64,000 nucleotides of DNA, from contig JAYWIR010000027.1 in assembly GCA_036172245.1 (NCBI GenBank), positions 1,426,001 through 1,490,000 of the forward strand. The letters are read 5' to 3'. A model generated the notes under the pieces. It saw only the letters and a program-made list of their open reading frames with translations, ran no database searches and was not told the DNA's origin. Every line of letters starts with the position of its first letter. The stretch's first letter is position 1. The translations under genes and the position numbers were made by a program. The stretch is from Raillietiella orientalis. Lineage: Eukaryota. This document shows, piece after piece, positions 37,170-51,389 of this stretch.

Positions 37170-38450
37170 CAAAAAAAAACAAACATTGAACCTGCCGAAG
37201 GTCGGGGCGCAGACCGACGAGGTTCGCTTCGGCAGCGGAAGGGAAGGGGAAACCGAAAATAGAAAAACGAAAAAAAAGAGAAAAATTTTTGTTCAGAAAG
37301 AGAAGAAGGGAGACCAAGGAAGAGGCGAGATGCATCCTACATCCTGTCCAGGATGCCGACAAGTTCTGTCCTTAATTTGCCTAGATGGCATCATCTTGTG
37401 GCGGCCTTGAGGAAGATACGCACCCAGTGGGTGGCGTCCCTTTCATCTTGGTCCCTTCGTCCTGCACCCCAGGCCTCCATGGTCCTGTAAAAACAGCAGA
37501 GAACTGGGAGGGACGATGTCTGGAGGCAGTCGACATGCATGAAGAACCCGTGTTTCAAAACGTCCCTGGAGCAGCCCACCAAGATTCCAAACGTTGTCGC
37601 TGGCCGATCCCAAACGAGTCGGAGGGCAGAGCACTCTGGAAGCAGGCGTGCACCTGCTCCACCCCTCAGTTTCGCCAGGACAGCCTCTCTGCGACACCCT
37701 CCCCGGAGTCCAGTGGTGAAGGCGCGCTCCGCAAGGGGTTCCTTGATGCAAGACCAGCAGCGCCGACTCCCACTACTCGAGGGGGACTGTTCGCCACTGT
37801 TCCAGAACGCAGGGGACCACATCCGGTCCTCCGGAGGGATTGCGAGCAGCTCTCCTCAGCGTAAGAGTCCTTTCGGCGGGAGACTTGGGGTCCGTCATCA
37901 GGCCCGTTGTCCAACCGACCAACGCTTGTTGCCGGATGCCAATCTGCTGAATCGGGGAGGGCAGCACCGTGTTCAGGGAGATTCCTTCCGCTTCACCTCT
38001 CCTCGTGGGATGCACGATCTCCTGGAGAGAGCTGCTGTTGCAGAAGGAGCACAGCAATCGCTGCCGTGACTCGGCTCGAGTTGAGATGGAAGAGCGGAAA
38101 TTATCCTCAGTAGTGCCAGGCCTTCCGCCTCCAGCACGGATTCTCCAGTGGGGACGCAGAGGAGGGCGTCGCCTCGCTCGGAACCCGGATAGTTTAGAAA
38201 GAGCTGGAGACCCCCGAAACACAGCGTCGGTCTTGAGCGGCAAGGCCGCGCTGTGCTTCGGGGGCACAGCGCGTGCACGTAGGGGGCATGAGAAACCCGT
38301 CAAGAAGTGCAGGTAAAAGGCGTGAGTTGCAGAGGCGCGGAGAGGTCCCACGTTCAGCAGGAGATTCTCCAGAGGTTCTCGAAACGATGACGAGGAATCG
38401 GTGGGTCTTCGCTGTCGTTCTTCCACCTCCTCCTCCTCCTCCTCTTTTCT
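37170..38450 (-). mobile_element. 5'-truncated decayed non-LTR retrotransposon (zf-RVT end plus T-rich 3' UTR)
   Basis: W..IKEPL..G..C....ARLLPECSALRLVWD motif ~37760-37600; T-rich tail 37170-37330 on the minus strand. Confidence 0.55.
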
Positions 38451-38529
38451 TCCCTCCTACTTTTAATGGGTATTCTTTCACGCCATGCTACGGTACCCCC
38501 TAACCGGAAGCAACCTTGCCGGATTGTCA

Positions 38530-39490
38530 CTATCTCCTGCCTTCCCTTAGAGCGGGTAGCAATGGGGCAAAAGGAGCAAACAGAACCCACAGCATCTTAC
38601 CTGGGTCGCTGACAATCATCTGCAGCGAATTACTTATCTGTTTCGTCGCAGACAGGCGAACTCCGCCTCGCTCGAGTCGTTGTCTTTACCCACGCGCCAG
38701 GCAGTGCAGTTCGCGGGTAGGCAGGAGATCCAGGTGTTTTTCTCCACCAAGACAACCATCTGGACTCCTTCGGTGGAGCGAACTCTTGAGTGTGCCCTCC
38801 GAAGAACTTATGGTCCCTCCCTTGTGTGTGAACACTTCTGTGTTCCCTGTTTCGTGGAAACAGGACGTGGTCTTACTGGTACATTGGAGATTCCATTGCA
38901 ACCACTGCACGAAGCTTGTTTCCGAGGAAGTTGTCTCCCCGGACTGTAAAAGGTGCGGAGAAGCAGAAACGCTCCCGCACCTGCTTTTCGACTGCGGTGG
39001 AGGACTGCAAAGGGCTGTGGAGGAGGCTGGTTTCAGCCCTTCTGCACCAGGTACACCTCAAGGACTCCTATGCTCCGCTTCTTCACGCCAGGCAGCCTGT
39101 CGTTAGGTGCTGTTATCGCAACGGTCTGTTGCACCCGCGCCATCGACAAGGCCCACCGAGAGCTGGAGACCCAGTCGATGCGTCGACAGGCCACCGGAAT
39201 AGCCGACGAGAACATGAAGTCGGCTGCCGGGTGGGTGGCCTCATCTTCCGGAAGACGCAAGGAATGAGATCTCCGGCATCCAACGCCGGTTCTAAAAGGA
39301 ACTGCCGAAACCTGTCCCTTACCCTCCCTCCCCATATTTTTGTTTTCACTTTTTATACTGTATTTGTGGTCCCTCCCTCCCGTTCCACACTTTCATATTT
39401 ACCGACCTGCGTGTCGGGGATCCCTCCATTCGTTTTCTCTGTGTCCTTTGTTCGGGAACGCTATTCCCGGATAGTTTAGAAATAAACGCC
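38530..39490 (+). mobile_element. 5'-truncated L1/Tx1-like retrotransposon (zf-RVT end plus 3' UTR)
   Basis: LLVHWRFHCN..SPDCKRCGEAETLPHLLFDC (38870-38995); T-rich 3' UTR and AATAAA at ~39481. Confidence 0.75.
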
Positions 39491-39599
39491 TCGGCGCACC
39501 CGGGTGGGAAACAACCATCTGACGAAGTTGATGGCCGCAGAAGGCTATTCATTTCAAAATCACGTTACCAGAAAAAAAGAAGAAAATCGTACAAACTCT

Positions 39600-41336
39600 T
39601 GAAGTGTATTTTGGAAGTGAAGAAAGATCGTGGAAACAGGTATTGAGGCAATAAAGTCCCTAGTGGTAGATGATTGACCAAGAAAATTCCAGTTTGAGAC
39701 CATCGCGGTCGTCTCTAAACTCAGACGTCAGAGAACTTGAAGTGGCAAAGATAAACATCAGAGAAACGATCATTTTATCTTACTCGCATTCTCCCGACAT
39801 CTTTTCCAGAAAACCTTGATAGGCGAATAACAATTCAACAGGGCAACATGATTTTTTTTATAATAATCTTCACATTTGTTTGTTTGCTGATAGTCTGATA
39901 GGATCCGAGAAGGTTGTTATGCATAATGTTTGCACTTGCAAGCAAAATCATGCATTTCAGTTTGAAATAACATAGTATAAAACACGCACACACAGAATGA
40001 TGTTCCTGATACATGAATATAAACTGCAACAAAGAACACTGATACAACATTTGAGCAGGATTCTCCTGGAACGTGAAAAATTTTCCGATCCTTATTGTAT
40101 GGAATCTTTCAAGGACATATCGCAAACATCTCATTTGAGACCAAACATAGTTGAGCAATAGCGAAAAAGAACCAAACCAAACAATATCGCTTTCGGAATG
40201 AAAATATCCGTGATCTTGAGGCAGCACTGAAAAATACCAACTCTCATGGGGCTTTGTCGTAGGAAATCTTCTTGCTGAAAATTAATTTTTTTTTAATCGC
40301 GTTGGATGCAAGTTGTTTGTCAAGGGTCTGTGGGGCTTTTCTTCTTCCTGAAAAAAATGATTTAACCAGCATTGATCGATCTGTTTCTGAGATCAAACCT
40401 CATACAAAATTGCACTATGTCTTTTGAAATCTGTTGGCAACACTCACGATGATAGTGCTCATCAAGGGCATTCAAAATAAGGAAATAATTATTGTTACAA
40501 ATTATAACGGTCATTTAGAAAAAGAAAGAAAGAAAATCGATCAAAAAATGGGTAAACAAATTCTTGCTTTGAAGAGAAGTGGGATTTAGCATGATCAATA
40601 ACTATATCTTTATAGATGGAAATAAAATCCAAGAAGCAATGTACAATAAAAAGAACAGTAGCGAAACTGCTATTGTTTTCTACTGTCAGATCGGTTCATT
40701 TATGACTAGTTATTAATTTTTCATGATGAAATCTTAAATGTGAATATTTCATATTATTATTAGAGATACGTTCTTTCCTTATAGCGTACGGATTTCCTTA
40801 TAAATACGCAAATTTCATGTCCCATTGGCTATTAAAAGTCTTGAAGAGATAGCCTTTGATTACTGTTTTTTTTTTCGCATGCTTCAAGATTTCAATTTTT
40901 TTTTTTTTTTCTAATGGAAATAGCTAATTTTTTTTTAAAGTGTACCCTGCTTCATAAACTCTTGAAATTTAATCACCTAAAAGCAATTTATGATATTCGT
41001 GAGGTTTTTCTTGACACTTTAGATGGTCGCCCATATGTTATTTGTTCTCCCATCCTTGCATTCGCAAATATTAACACCAATTTGAGTTTCTTCTTAAATG
41101 AAACAAACACACAAGAAACGATGGATTTTTGAAAACAGGAAATTCAGAGTCTTGAATGAACCAAATGAATGAAACGGAGTTCATATCCTTTTGCCATCGA
41201 GATTTCTCAGAAATTCTGTTTCATTTTATCCGAATTTCCAAGACAGTGTTCATGATTGACTGTGTAAGGTCTGTGATCTGAAGAATGCTCTAAAAAGGAC
41301 TTTCAAGAATGAATTTTCCTCCTGAACATTCTCCAT
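39600..41336 (-). pseudogene. Decayed ANKRD27/VARP-like (VPS9-domain) relic
   Basis: MENVQEENSFLKVL (cf. EDLLKNPFYLAL); SFKTLN; YLFKTFN..F..L..NP; IFIPKAIL; QMRCLRYVL, in the order expected for the VARP N-terminus and VPS9 domain. Multiple stops. Confidence 0.4.
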
Positions 41337-41484
41337 GGTTCTGGCGCTACGTTCGTATTCTAGATACCTTGAAAGAGCGCGTTTGAATTTTTTTAATCAA
41401 AATATTTTGAAATTACGTTGTCATTGTTTGGTATCCTGAGTTCGCAATGATGAAGCACTTACAGAGTTGTGGGAAGCATGCTGG

Positions 41485-42561
41485 ATGAGGAGTGTAACAT
41501 TGCATGCTGTTATTTGTATCCTTAAAGTCAGTATAAGTTTCTGGCTATCACTAATAAGTTACAGCATCTTCTATTATAATTATGTTCCAAAGGGGTTTTA
41601 TAAGTTTCCTGTATACTTTACCTTTGTGTAAGTATTGAATAAGGAGTTATTAAGTTGATTTTATATGGTTGTCAAGTTAGGGCGCCTTTAAGTGTATGCT
41701 ATTAGAATTCAGGCGGCAGACCTTCAATCTATATCGGTAACTAAGAATCTGCTTTAGCAATTTTGTTGTTATTGTTTTTGGATCTCATACGTTAAAAAAA
41801 AATTGCTCACACTTCAAGTACATGCACCGTGAAACTTTGTTGAAAATTCCTCCCTGTTAACATTGCAGAACTTGCAAGGAAGGTAAAGGTTTATGTAGTT
41901 TTCCAAATGCAACGCTGCCACTTCAAAATGAATATGGTGAACCTCTGCTGTTTGGAGGTCAGCACTACAACTTTATTTTACAGTTACAACTACCTGCATC
42001 ATCTGCAAACGAAAACTTGGGTATTTAAACAAGAAATGGGAATGGGGATGATTTTCTGTGTTTTCTGTGTTTAGGCATGTTTATGGTAGAACTGAAGATT
42101 GAGAATAGTTGTAATGCAATAAAGCATAGTAAACGATCAGCACTCCTTCAGTATAGGTCAAAAATCATTGCTTATATTAGGAATGTATTCCTCAGTCCTT
42201 TGCTTTTGCTGTCATTTATAAATGAAGATCAAACGTTCACCTTAGAGATCTTAACAAGCTTTCAGGAAGATATGGTATGTTGATCTGATGATTTTTGTTT
42301 TAATCACAGTGATTTTAGAAGTGTTATAGCAACAGAGTGGTTTTAGAAATCCAGAGTCACTATATTGAAATATATGCAGCATCCTTGCAAATTGAAGCAC
42401 AGTTTTCAGGATTACGGTTTTTTATGGCTTCCTATCCTATTTTATCAACCTTGATAGGTGTTTGGATGTTAAATTCTCTTATTCTTTTTGCTATGTTAGT
42501 ATCCACTCTTAAGTTGGGCAATGTACAAAGCTTCTTGCCTGATTTGAATCCGAGTAGATGA
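41485..42561 (+). CDS. BSCL2: Seipin; exons ~41485-41627, 41869-42020, 42075-42274, 42319-42561 (start uncertain)
   Basis: FYYNYVP..PVYF; CSFPNA; GQHYNFILQLQLPASSANENLGMFMV; LQYRS; IEIYAASLQIEAQFSGLRFFMASYP; two hydrophobic TM segments. Confidence 0.9.
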
Positions 42562-44166
42562 TGTATTCATTTGTGAATGGAAGAGAATTTAAAATGTGCC
42601 CATCATCTCTATACAGAAAAGAACTGAATTCTTAATGTGCCCAAATTTCATTTCATTTACTTCATATATGGGACTTATGTGGAGGTGCTCAGTGATATTT
42701 TATTTGCAGATCAATCACATGGGTTCCTCATTACAAGATCGTGCCCTGTAACTAATTCTTGCATTCTTGAAACTATTTTTTTTTTTTTGTAAGTAGCATA
42801 ATACAGAATGCAACCAACACCCATGTAAACCTTGGGAATTCTACATGCTTAAAACGGACATCCATGATTTACAAGTATAGACTTCCCCCCATAAAGAATG
42901 TGAACGTGTATACTTGAATTTGCACATCAACAATATACAGTGGAGAAAGACATTTGCTTTGCAGTTAAAAATTACATTTCAGCAGTGATTGTATATTTGG
43001 ATTCAGCTGATCTCAACAACTGTTATAAAATGTGTTTTGAAAATAAAGATAATTTCTAGTCATCAAAATTTTAAAATTCAAATCAGATTTCATCAGCAGT
43101 GAAGTGAAATCTGTCATTACAGGTATGTTGTGTAGGTGGGCATAGAATTCTCAAAATCTCAAACCGTTGAATTTACATGAATCTACATGAAATCATGCTA
43201 TATGTAAATGTGTTTTCTTCAAGGTAGCCTAATTTGCTGAACATTTTCCTATGGCACTTGGTCAGCAGGTCACAAGACTGTGACCAGCTTGCAGAAGCCT
43301 TTAGAAGTGAATCTAAATTGCCTGCTGTGCCCAGAGGTGTGAAAAGTGATGTGCTGAATGTTTTCATGTATGTGTGGCTTCTTGACACTAATGATTGCTT
43401 GTGGATTTGTAAGTTTCAGTTGGTGGAACAATGCATTCGTGGTCTAAGATTAGGGCTTTTCAAAGATTAATAGTGCATGAGTTGTGTGTTGTTAAAAAAA
43501 AAAATCAGCTTGAGGTTTTTCTCACTAACATGTCGATTATGATTATAACTGCTGATTTTTTGGGGGGGCCTCTGTGTTTTGTGATTTTGCATTTGTGATG
43601 CATGGAAGAAACCCATGTTGCCACCACATTGAAATCCACAAATTTATCTGCTGTTACATCAAAAATTCTCAATCTTGCAGAAATTTTACTGCTTCATTGC
43701 AAATTATGTATATGTGTGTGTGTATAAATTAAAATCGTTTGCAAATCATATCCGATTTTGCAAATTCCCAAAGATACGCGCAGCAATCTGTTGCATTCAG
43801 GAAACTTTCAGTGCACAACAGGCAACACATTTAGCTAACTATAACCAAGTTCTGTCCCAACTTGCAGACAAGGTTCACGAGCTTCACATCTCTTCATTGA
43901 ATCTGAGCCTCTCACATCGACAACCCATTGCATTCCCTTTTCCTGTAGAGCACAGTCATCAAGTGCCATCCGTGACCTCCAGTTTTTCGTTTCTCATGTT
44001 GGGTGCAGCATGCACTGGCACAGTCAGGACAGACGCGCGTTTTCTGAGGTCAGGTGCCCAAAGGCAATGCATAGTTCAAGAGCCGTTGACACTAGTACTT
44101 GGCAATTTTTTGCTGAAGAGCAGCAAATTGATTGCTGTTTCTGTTCGTTGTGCTTTTAGTTTGGAG

Positions 44167-44235
44167 AATTGTGTTTTCGAAGATTCACCGGATTCTCGTC
44201 AATCGAGAATCCGGTGAATCTTCGAAAAAATTGTG
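44167..44235. repeat. Perfect 25-bp inverted repeat with 5-nt loop, flanked by a 7-bp direct repeat (possible minimal MITE)
   Basis: TTTTCGAAGATTCACCGGATTCTCG (44174-44198), TCAAT loop, exact reverse complement (44204-44228); AATTGTG at 44167-44173 and 44229-44235. Confidence 0.85.
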
Positions 44236-46570
44236 ATTAGAGTATGCCACGAGATCAAGAGAACAGAATCATCGCTGTTTCTTGTTTTGCTCCTCTTAAT
44301 GCCATGTAGAGGAATCATGCAGATTAATTTGCCATTAGCTTGAAATAATCGAAATTTCATTTCAATTCTCTCAATATGATTATTGCTTTGTTTTCATACA
44401 CAAAGTTGTCGCTTCTCAATTTCTGAAACGCTTTAAAATTAGAACTCTATCGGGTTCTAAGACGAGTAAAATTCTGAAATTGAAACACTCCTTTTGTTAT
44501 AGTTCCCTTTCGAGAATCAACATGCTTAGAGAATTGATTCTTTAATAAATTACACAGCTTTCAAGGTTACTCTTATCCATTAGAAGACTCGTTGATGATT
44601 TCTGAATTTCTTAACTTAAAAAAACGTTACTCCATCCTTATGATTGAAATCCTAGCGTTTTATTCAGTGTTCAATTTATTTTGTATATCATCGTCGCACA
44701 CTCTTGATCAGGAGGTCACGATCCTCGTCTTCTCTTTAAATGTTCCCTCAGAAACAGTCGTCTGACTGCAATATTTTCTGTTTCGAATACCACAAAAGTA
44801 ACATGACTAGCGAAAAAAACGCCTTTGCCAAGTTTTAATATCTCTATAAGTTGGAGATCTTCTTCGGTATGTTTGTTTCAGGCGACTATCCACTGTTTTG
44901 ATGATACTTGTGACACGATGCCGAAGGGAAACGAATGAAATGGCAGACCTTATTCGTAAAATCGTCTTCTTTCAGGGAACAGGCTTATTCACAAAGGTGT
45001 ATTCTCTGGAAGATGGTGCTGCGGACTTCTGCCTACAAAAGTTATTTTCACCCCTAGAAGACTTCAGACAATGGAAATATGGTTACTTATTACCTATATC
45101 CAACAAAAATGTTCTACAGGTTTTGAGAATATAGATGGGGATGAGCCTGTAGTAAGATAAGTGTTAAAGAGTGAGAACGTGAGTTGCCATCTGAAAAGGC
45201 TTAGAGAGGGAATTCGTTGGCTGGTAAGGTTTGAAATTATGTCGTTGGTCCTGGAAGGTTTCGAAGAAAAAAGTCAGGGGAGGATTTTTTTTCTACAGGA
45301 AAAAGTATAGGAATAGGAACCGTAGTTTGTCACCAAGTTGCGGTGGCAAACTACGGATCGGAGAAAGGATATGCTTCCAATAAGCATTTAGAGTTCCAAC
45401 ACATCCTGCTGAAATTTTCATAAAGCGGTTTGCAGACCCCGGCCGGGTGGTGGAAGGGGGTGGGAAGATCCCACACGCAAAGATGGCCGACGGTCCCACT
45501 CGCGACGCGTTCGGGGGCTGCGAACGGGGCGGGTCAGGGAGCAACAGGGAGCGGACAGAGCTTCCCCGCGGCCGCCAGGGAGGAGAATCAATCGCGAGGA
45601 GGTGGCTCGAGACCCGTCGCCGAGGCCTCTGCCCCGGTAGTCCCTGCCTCCACCAAATTCATTAAATGACAAATCATTACTGTAACTACCATCTTTCGAA
45701 GTATACAATTGAAGGCTGAAATTTCAGAGTAGTTTCAAGCCTTTTTGAAGATGCCTTTTGGGGATTCAGCAAAACATACAAGGGAGCCAGATTCTTTAGA
45801 TTTTCATATTCAACGTCTTATCGAAGCTTGCTTTTGTGAAAATCTAATCTTGAAGATTGAATGTTTCCATGCTATAAATAGCCGAATGATTCTATTAAAG
45901 GGAGGCAGGCTACTTGCTTGCTTATGCTTCTTGATCTTGTTTGTATTGGAAGTATTCGAGACTGCTAATTTCAGGGCTGCGGGTTGTTCTTTGATGATTT
46001 TGCCATTAGGTATGAATGTCCGACACCAGCATTAGAAAAGTGTCATCACGTCTTTCCTATGTTAGAGAATTCTTTAGTAGTCGATTGATCAGAGTAGTAA
46101 TTGAAGGCTTTTTATTACTTCGAATATATATTTGTTTTCCTGGAACAAGAAAATTACTTTTAAGAACTGTTTCGGAGTCATTTCGGTAGTAGGCAACGTT
46201 TGTGAGTGTCGAGCTTTTTTCCCGATTTGATTTTACGATTTTTTCAGAATTCCAAAACCGTCGCATGAATGATCCGAAAAATGCAACTCTTCATTGAACT
46301 TCACCATTTAATTTTTCAGTTTTCCTAATATAAATATTTACAGCAATAATGTATTTTGCGTAATTTTGTATCATTGTCATTTTTTTTTATTGGTATATGT
46401 TGCATACGTTGGTGCTGTCTTCTTTCATGTGTAGGGCGCAGGGCACGAGTGTAGGGCATTGGTATGGTGCATGCATTGCTGATGGGAGGTCAAATGTGAA
46501 GCATTTCATGCAACCCTCGTAAGAAGTAAGTAATCGATGCAAAATCGCCGTAGTTGATAATTAAGGGAGA

Positions 46571-49230
46571 ATGAAAAGGGATCCTCTTGCAGGTGCAATG
46601 GATAAAAAATGTTTAATGAAACAAGAAATAAGTGATTTTAGTGATGCAGAAGATGATCTCTATGTGAGAAATGATGATTGCCTCAGCCATGATCAATACA
46701 TTGGTTATTTGAGACCCACGTTTAGGAAAGAAGTGAGTGTTCGAAGCTTTAAGAACGTTTCATTTAAAGGTTTGATTAGATCATTCGCAATAGAAGTCAC
46801 AGGATAAAGAAAACAAGAAACTGGCTCTCATGTGTGTTGAACAGTTGTCATGGCTTTCTATGTTTTAGCATTGCAATCAGTAAGTTGAAAGTTTTCATTG
46901 ACCATATCGAACAAAGGGTTGATGTTTCAGTATTGATAATGGTAACTGTCTTTCTCGCCATGTACCTGTATCAGTTTTTCAAAAGCATTCCAGTCTGGAC
47001 GAAAGACACCATATTGGAGAAACCATGGCATCATATAGGTGTCAAAAACATTTTCGAAAAACACTTCGTTGGATTTACTGATGCCATTATTTTATTGATG
47101 CCTACAAATAAAAATCATGTGTCTAACATCATTATGGGATTCACTCTTCGTATGTTTTTGCTGCTGCTAATTTATTAGTTAATTTACATTTTATTTTAGT
47201 TTATGAATTAATTTAGATATGTTATCAAAGATCTTGGTGTTGTGTTTGTGATTTTTCCGTGGTTTTCAATTAATTTAAATGGAATGAGTAGAATTATGTT
47301 TTCTCAGATGAATCCTTTGTAAAGGATGCAAATTCTCAGTCTTACTGCCATATTTCTCATAAAACATGGTTCCCATGTTCTGGTGGGATATTGGCATTAG
47401 ATGAATACAATGCAAGTATAATATGGGAGAAATGGTTTGATGGTCCTATTTCTCACTTTGTTTGTGAGGCTGACATTACAGGAGATGGAGCAGTTGATTG
47501 TGTCATTTTTCAAGGAAATCAAGTAAATATGATGATTGGCTGAAGAGTGAGCCAAGATGAATACTCCATTTAGGTGCTCTTTGGCTTATCTGTCCAGGAT
47601 GGCTCGTTAATTTGGATTCATGATTTGAGAGTGACCAAAAAGTATTTTGTGGGTGTTCCTGTAGTTGTTCAAGATATGGATGGAGATACAATACCAGATG
47701 TAATAGTTATCATGGAGTTATTCAAAAAGGAAACATGTGAGTTTTCTGTACATGCCCATGTGAAATGTGCAAAATTTTTTTTTTTTTTTCTCCTCTCTCT
47801 CTTTGTAGTGGTTACCTTAGTTGTGTTGCTAAGTGGGCGTACTGGACAACAGCTATCACAGATATCACTTCCATTTGGGCATTTTGTAGATGCTAGTAGT
47901 CCTGCAATTACAATAGATACAGATGGCACTAATTATTTGCTTATACCTTCTGTTGGTGCTGACCACTCTGGTACTCTATTTGCTCTTTCAGTGGTAGATT
48001 TGTACTTGAATACATCAGTGGTAAATATGAAATTTTCAAGTTGTAATAGTGGCTCAGCTATCTTCAATCTTGCACACTGATGCTGGTTTTGTGGCATCAG
48101 CTCCAGTGTTAGTTGATTTGACTGGGGACAGCAGAGAAGATATTCTTGTTGCTGTTGCCAATAATCTGCTTGCAATTCATGGAATCACTCATCAAATTCT
48201 TTGGAATTATACTCTTCCTAGAAAAGTTCGGATCAGGTGATAATATAACTTTATATGTGTGCTTACAAGAGAGTCATCAGCTCTTTTGCTGTAGGCTATT
48301 TTCAGAACACCAGTGTACCTGATGTTGTGCTGCAGTGGGGACAGGCAGAACCTCTTGAAGGCCATACTGAAGTGAAAATATCCAGGCTGAATGGATACAC
48401 TGGGCAATTGCTTGCTATGCCTTTAACAACAGCTCATTTTAAAGGTTCTGATCTTGTTACAGTGGACTTGCAAAACAGTGCTCTTCTGGTGTATTGGGAT
48501 GTGATTTGTGGAAATGATAGAAATCAGACTCGATACTACTGGTTTCCTAAAGGCAATGATTTTGTGTGTGTGTGTGTTTTGTGACTCAAGAGGTGTGTTC
48601 TAGGTGTTGCAGAGGAAGATGTCAAAGCCTCTGATCGATGTCTATCATTATTTGGCACCAACATGACACTTAGTTTGTTGGTGACAGGTACTGGATTTGA
48701 ATCACCTGCTGTCATATTTGAATCAGAACAGCTGTGCAAAACTCCTGGTGCCTGTGAATTTTCATTTTTACAATACAAGAAGCGGTTGGTTCTAGATGCA
48801 GGGCCAGGTCGGTGCTGATTTTCATGTATGCTTGCCATTTTTGTGTTTTTAGTCATTTTGCAGACATCCACTGGAGTTAGTGATAGTTTTGATCTTATCT
48901 TCACTGTGTGGTTAGGCAGCCCCATCTCATCATTATATCCACTTCTCCCTGAAGATGTGCAATGTTTGAAAAATAATCCGCAGAAAAGTGAGTTCGGCTA
49001 TATAATTTTTCTCATCTTCTCTTTATCTAGGTATACCTTGGTGTTTGCATCAGCGGAATCTCGCTTCTGAACCAGTTGGTGCTCCTCATAGTGAAATTGC
49101 TCTATTAAGAGTACGTGTAACCTGTCAACGAACAGAGAATGAGCAGTGTGCTGCTGTGACATCACAAGCAAAGCAACCATGGCTTTCATCTATACGCTAT
49201 ACAAAAAAACATTTCAAGATCAAAATTTGA
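46571..49230 (+). CDS. FAM234/ITFG3-like single-pass membrane protein with FG-GAP beta-propeller repeats (multi-exon)
   Basis: N-terminal SDAEDDLY; TM segment ~46930-46980; FPCSGGILALDE..W; DITGDGAVDC; QDMDGDTIPDV; DLTGDSREDILV; SGRTGQ and NGYTGQ repeats; stop ending 49230. Confidence 0.75.
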
Positions 49231-51389
49231 TAAGCTGCATGACACGCGAAAGTAGTGATTATGCATGATCTCATTCCTATAATTCATGTATCTCATAAGC
49301 TGCATATGTAGAATGTTATTTCACATATACCCTCCACCTCACACGTTATATATAGCCGATTTGTTGCATGTATGTTTTGTATTGATATCAAGAAAGTAGT
49401 TTTTAGATTTCATGGTGAATGTAAATGCGGGGTACTCAGATGACTCCGTAAGTATATGTTACCAGTTAAAAGAACTACCAGGTGAATAATCAGATGCCAA
49501 GTTTGAATAAGGCTCGTGGCAACGAAAAGCGTAACTCCTGTTTGCCTTGATCGAATTAAATATCGGGTTGTGTTGTGAAACCGACCAACTTAACGGTTTT
49601 GAAATAACAGCATTACGCGTACATGCTTCGCTTCATGTACACGAAGCGTTTATGGGCGTACATGACACCTACTCGAGGGGAGGGGGTGCAGCGTTACCAC
49701 TGCTTCTTGCTTCGTGCGATGATTTGTTGGCAATGAAATGTTTCACCGGGCATTTGTGTCAGCACCCGCCAATGCTATCAGTTGCAACTGCTGACACCTT
49801 TCTTTCATCTTGAGTTTAAAAATGGTATTAGTAGCTACGCGCTTTACAAGCGAAGTGCCAGCTTTGGACCGTGTCCCAACGAGACCGACATTTCCTATGC
49901 AGAAATTCCATGCCGCCTGTTGAGACGGAAAGGATGCTTCTGATGGATAAGTTGGAAAGGAAGGCGCAGCATTCTATTTAACGCGCATAAAACGGAAATC
50001 GAGCCAGCAGCTGCACAAACAAATGAAAAGGTACGGTGCCACTTGCTGGTACCGTTTCATTAAGAATTCATGTATCAATCTCCATCATTCAAGCTGTTGC
50101 CCACTTTTTCAGCTCTAAGCTTTGATTCAAAAACTGTTTGGAGGCGATACTGATGTGGGGACTATAACGTGTTAAGGTAACTTTACTAGGTTGGTATCAA
50201 AAGTGTATCTCACGCTTGACAAATTCTGGACACGTACAAAAAGAGACCATATAAATGAATGGTAGTGGATGTAAATGTAATTACCTGTAACGAAATGAAT
50301 TTTCGAAATGAAAATAACATCAAAACAATGACATGCAGAATAAAGCTGCATGTCGAGCTGTTCGTGTACGCCGAAGAGTGAAGAAGCATCGTGGAATGCA
50401 GCATTCGTTTCAGAAGCGAGTGCTCCATTTGGGAATTGCAGCAGCATGACAGTAGTTTTCTGTTGATAGAATGAATAGCTGTTTGCCCAGTGGACTCTGT
50501 TCACTGCCTTGTGATTATAAGCATACTGTTAAAAGCTTGTTATTCATCGTATATCTTTTATTGAACAGTTTCATGTACATGTTTGCGCTCCGCACGAATT
50601 ACCGTAAGCATAATTTCTGGTAAAGGCTCATTAATTCCCACACATGAATTATTCTTTGAATGTTCTATCACCAGATATACTGGAACGCAAACTTAAGATG
50701 AAAAGCTCCAATCGCTATTCATAAGCAGTGAACCAGGCCTTTCTTATCAGAAATGAAAATCCTTAGTGACTGTTTTCGTATGATGAAAAATTTAATATTC
50801 ACGTCTAGCATTTATTTATACACTCAATGTTCTTAGTCTTGCTATAGTCTTGGTCCTTTCGTTTCAGAAGTAATTGACATTCTTGTAGTTTGTTAAGTAT
50901 TTCACCCATCACGGGGTACCTGCAGTCCCAGATGGAATTTTCACAAGTAGAATCTCGAAGACACAAACCAAATACGTGTCCTAGATAGACTTGTCAGATG
51001 TTCCGATTTTAGAGGTATCGTCTTCAATTCCGCAAATAGATGTCATCATTTTGATAAATCAAACCAGAATCTGGTGGCGATTGTCAATTTCAGGAAGCAG
51101 AATATACTGTTTGGAAATAATAGAAACCAAAACAAGCTGATCCATTTCTTGAAAATTTCTTAAAAGATTCTTTCAGAAGCTTATCCAACATAAAAGCACA
51201 GTTTTGGCAGCTGAAGCAGCTTCTGAAACTCCTGCCCTTTATTGCCAGTTTCTGTACCCAACAGCTCACCAGAGCAAACCTGGGATGATAACTTTCTGAA
51301 GTAAGGGCCGTGCAACAGCTGCAAAGATCTCAAGTGCGGACTTTGTTCAAGAAATCTTGAGGTTGCTTTGGATGATCTCCCCTGTCATG

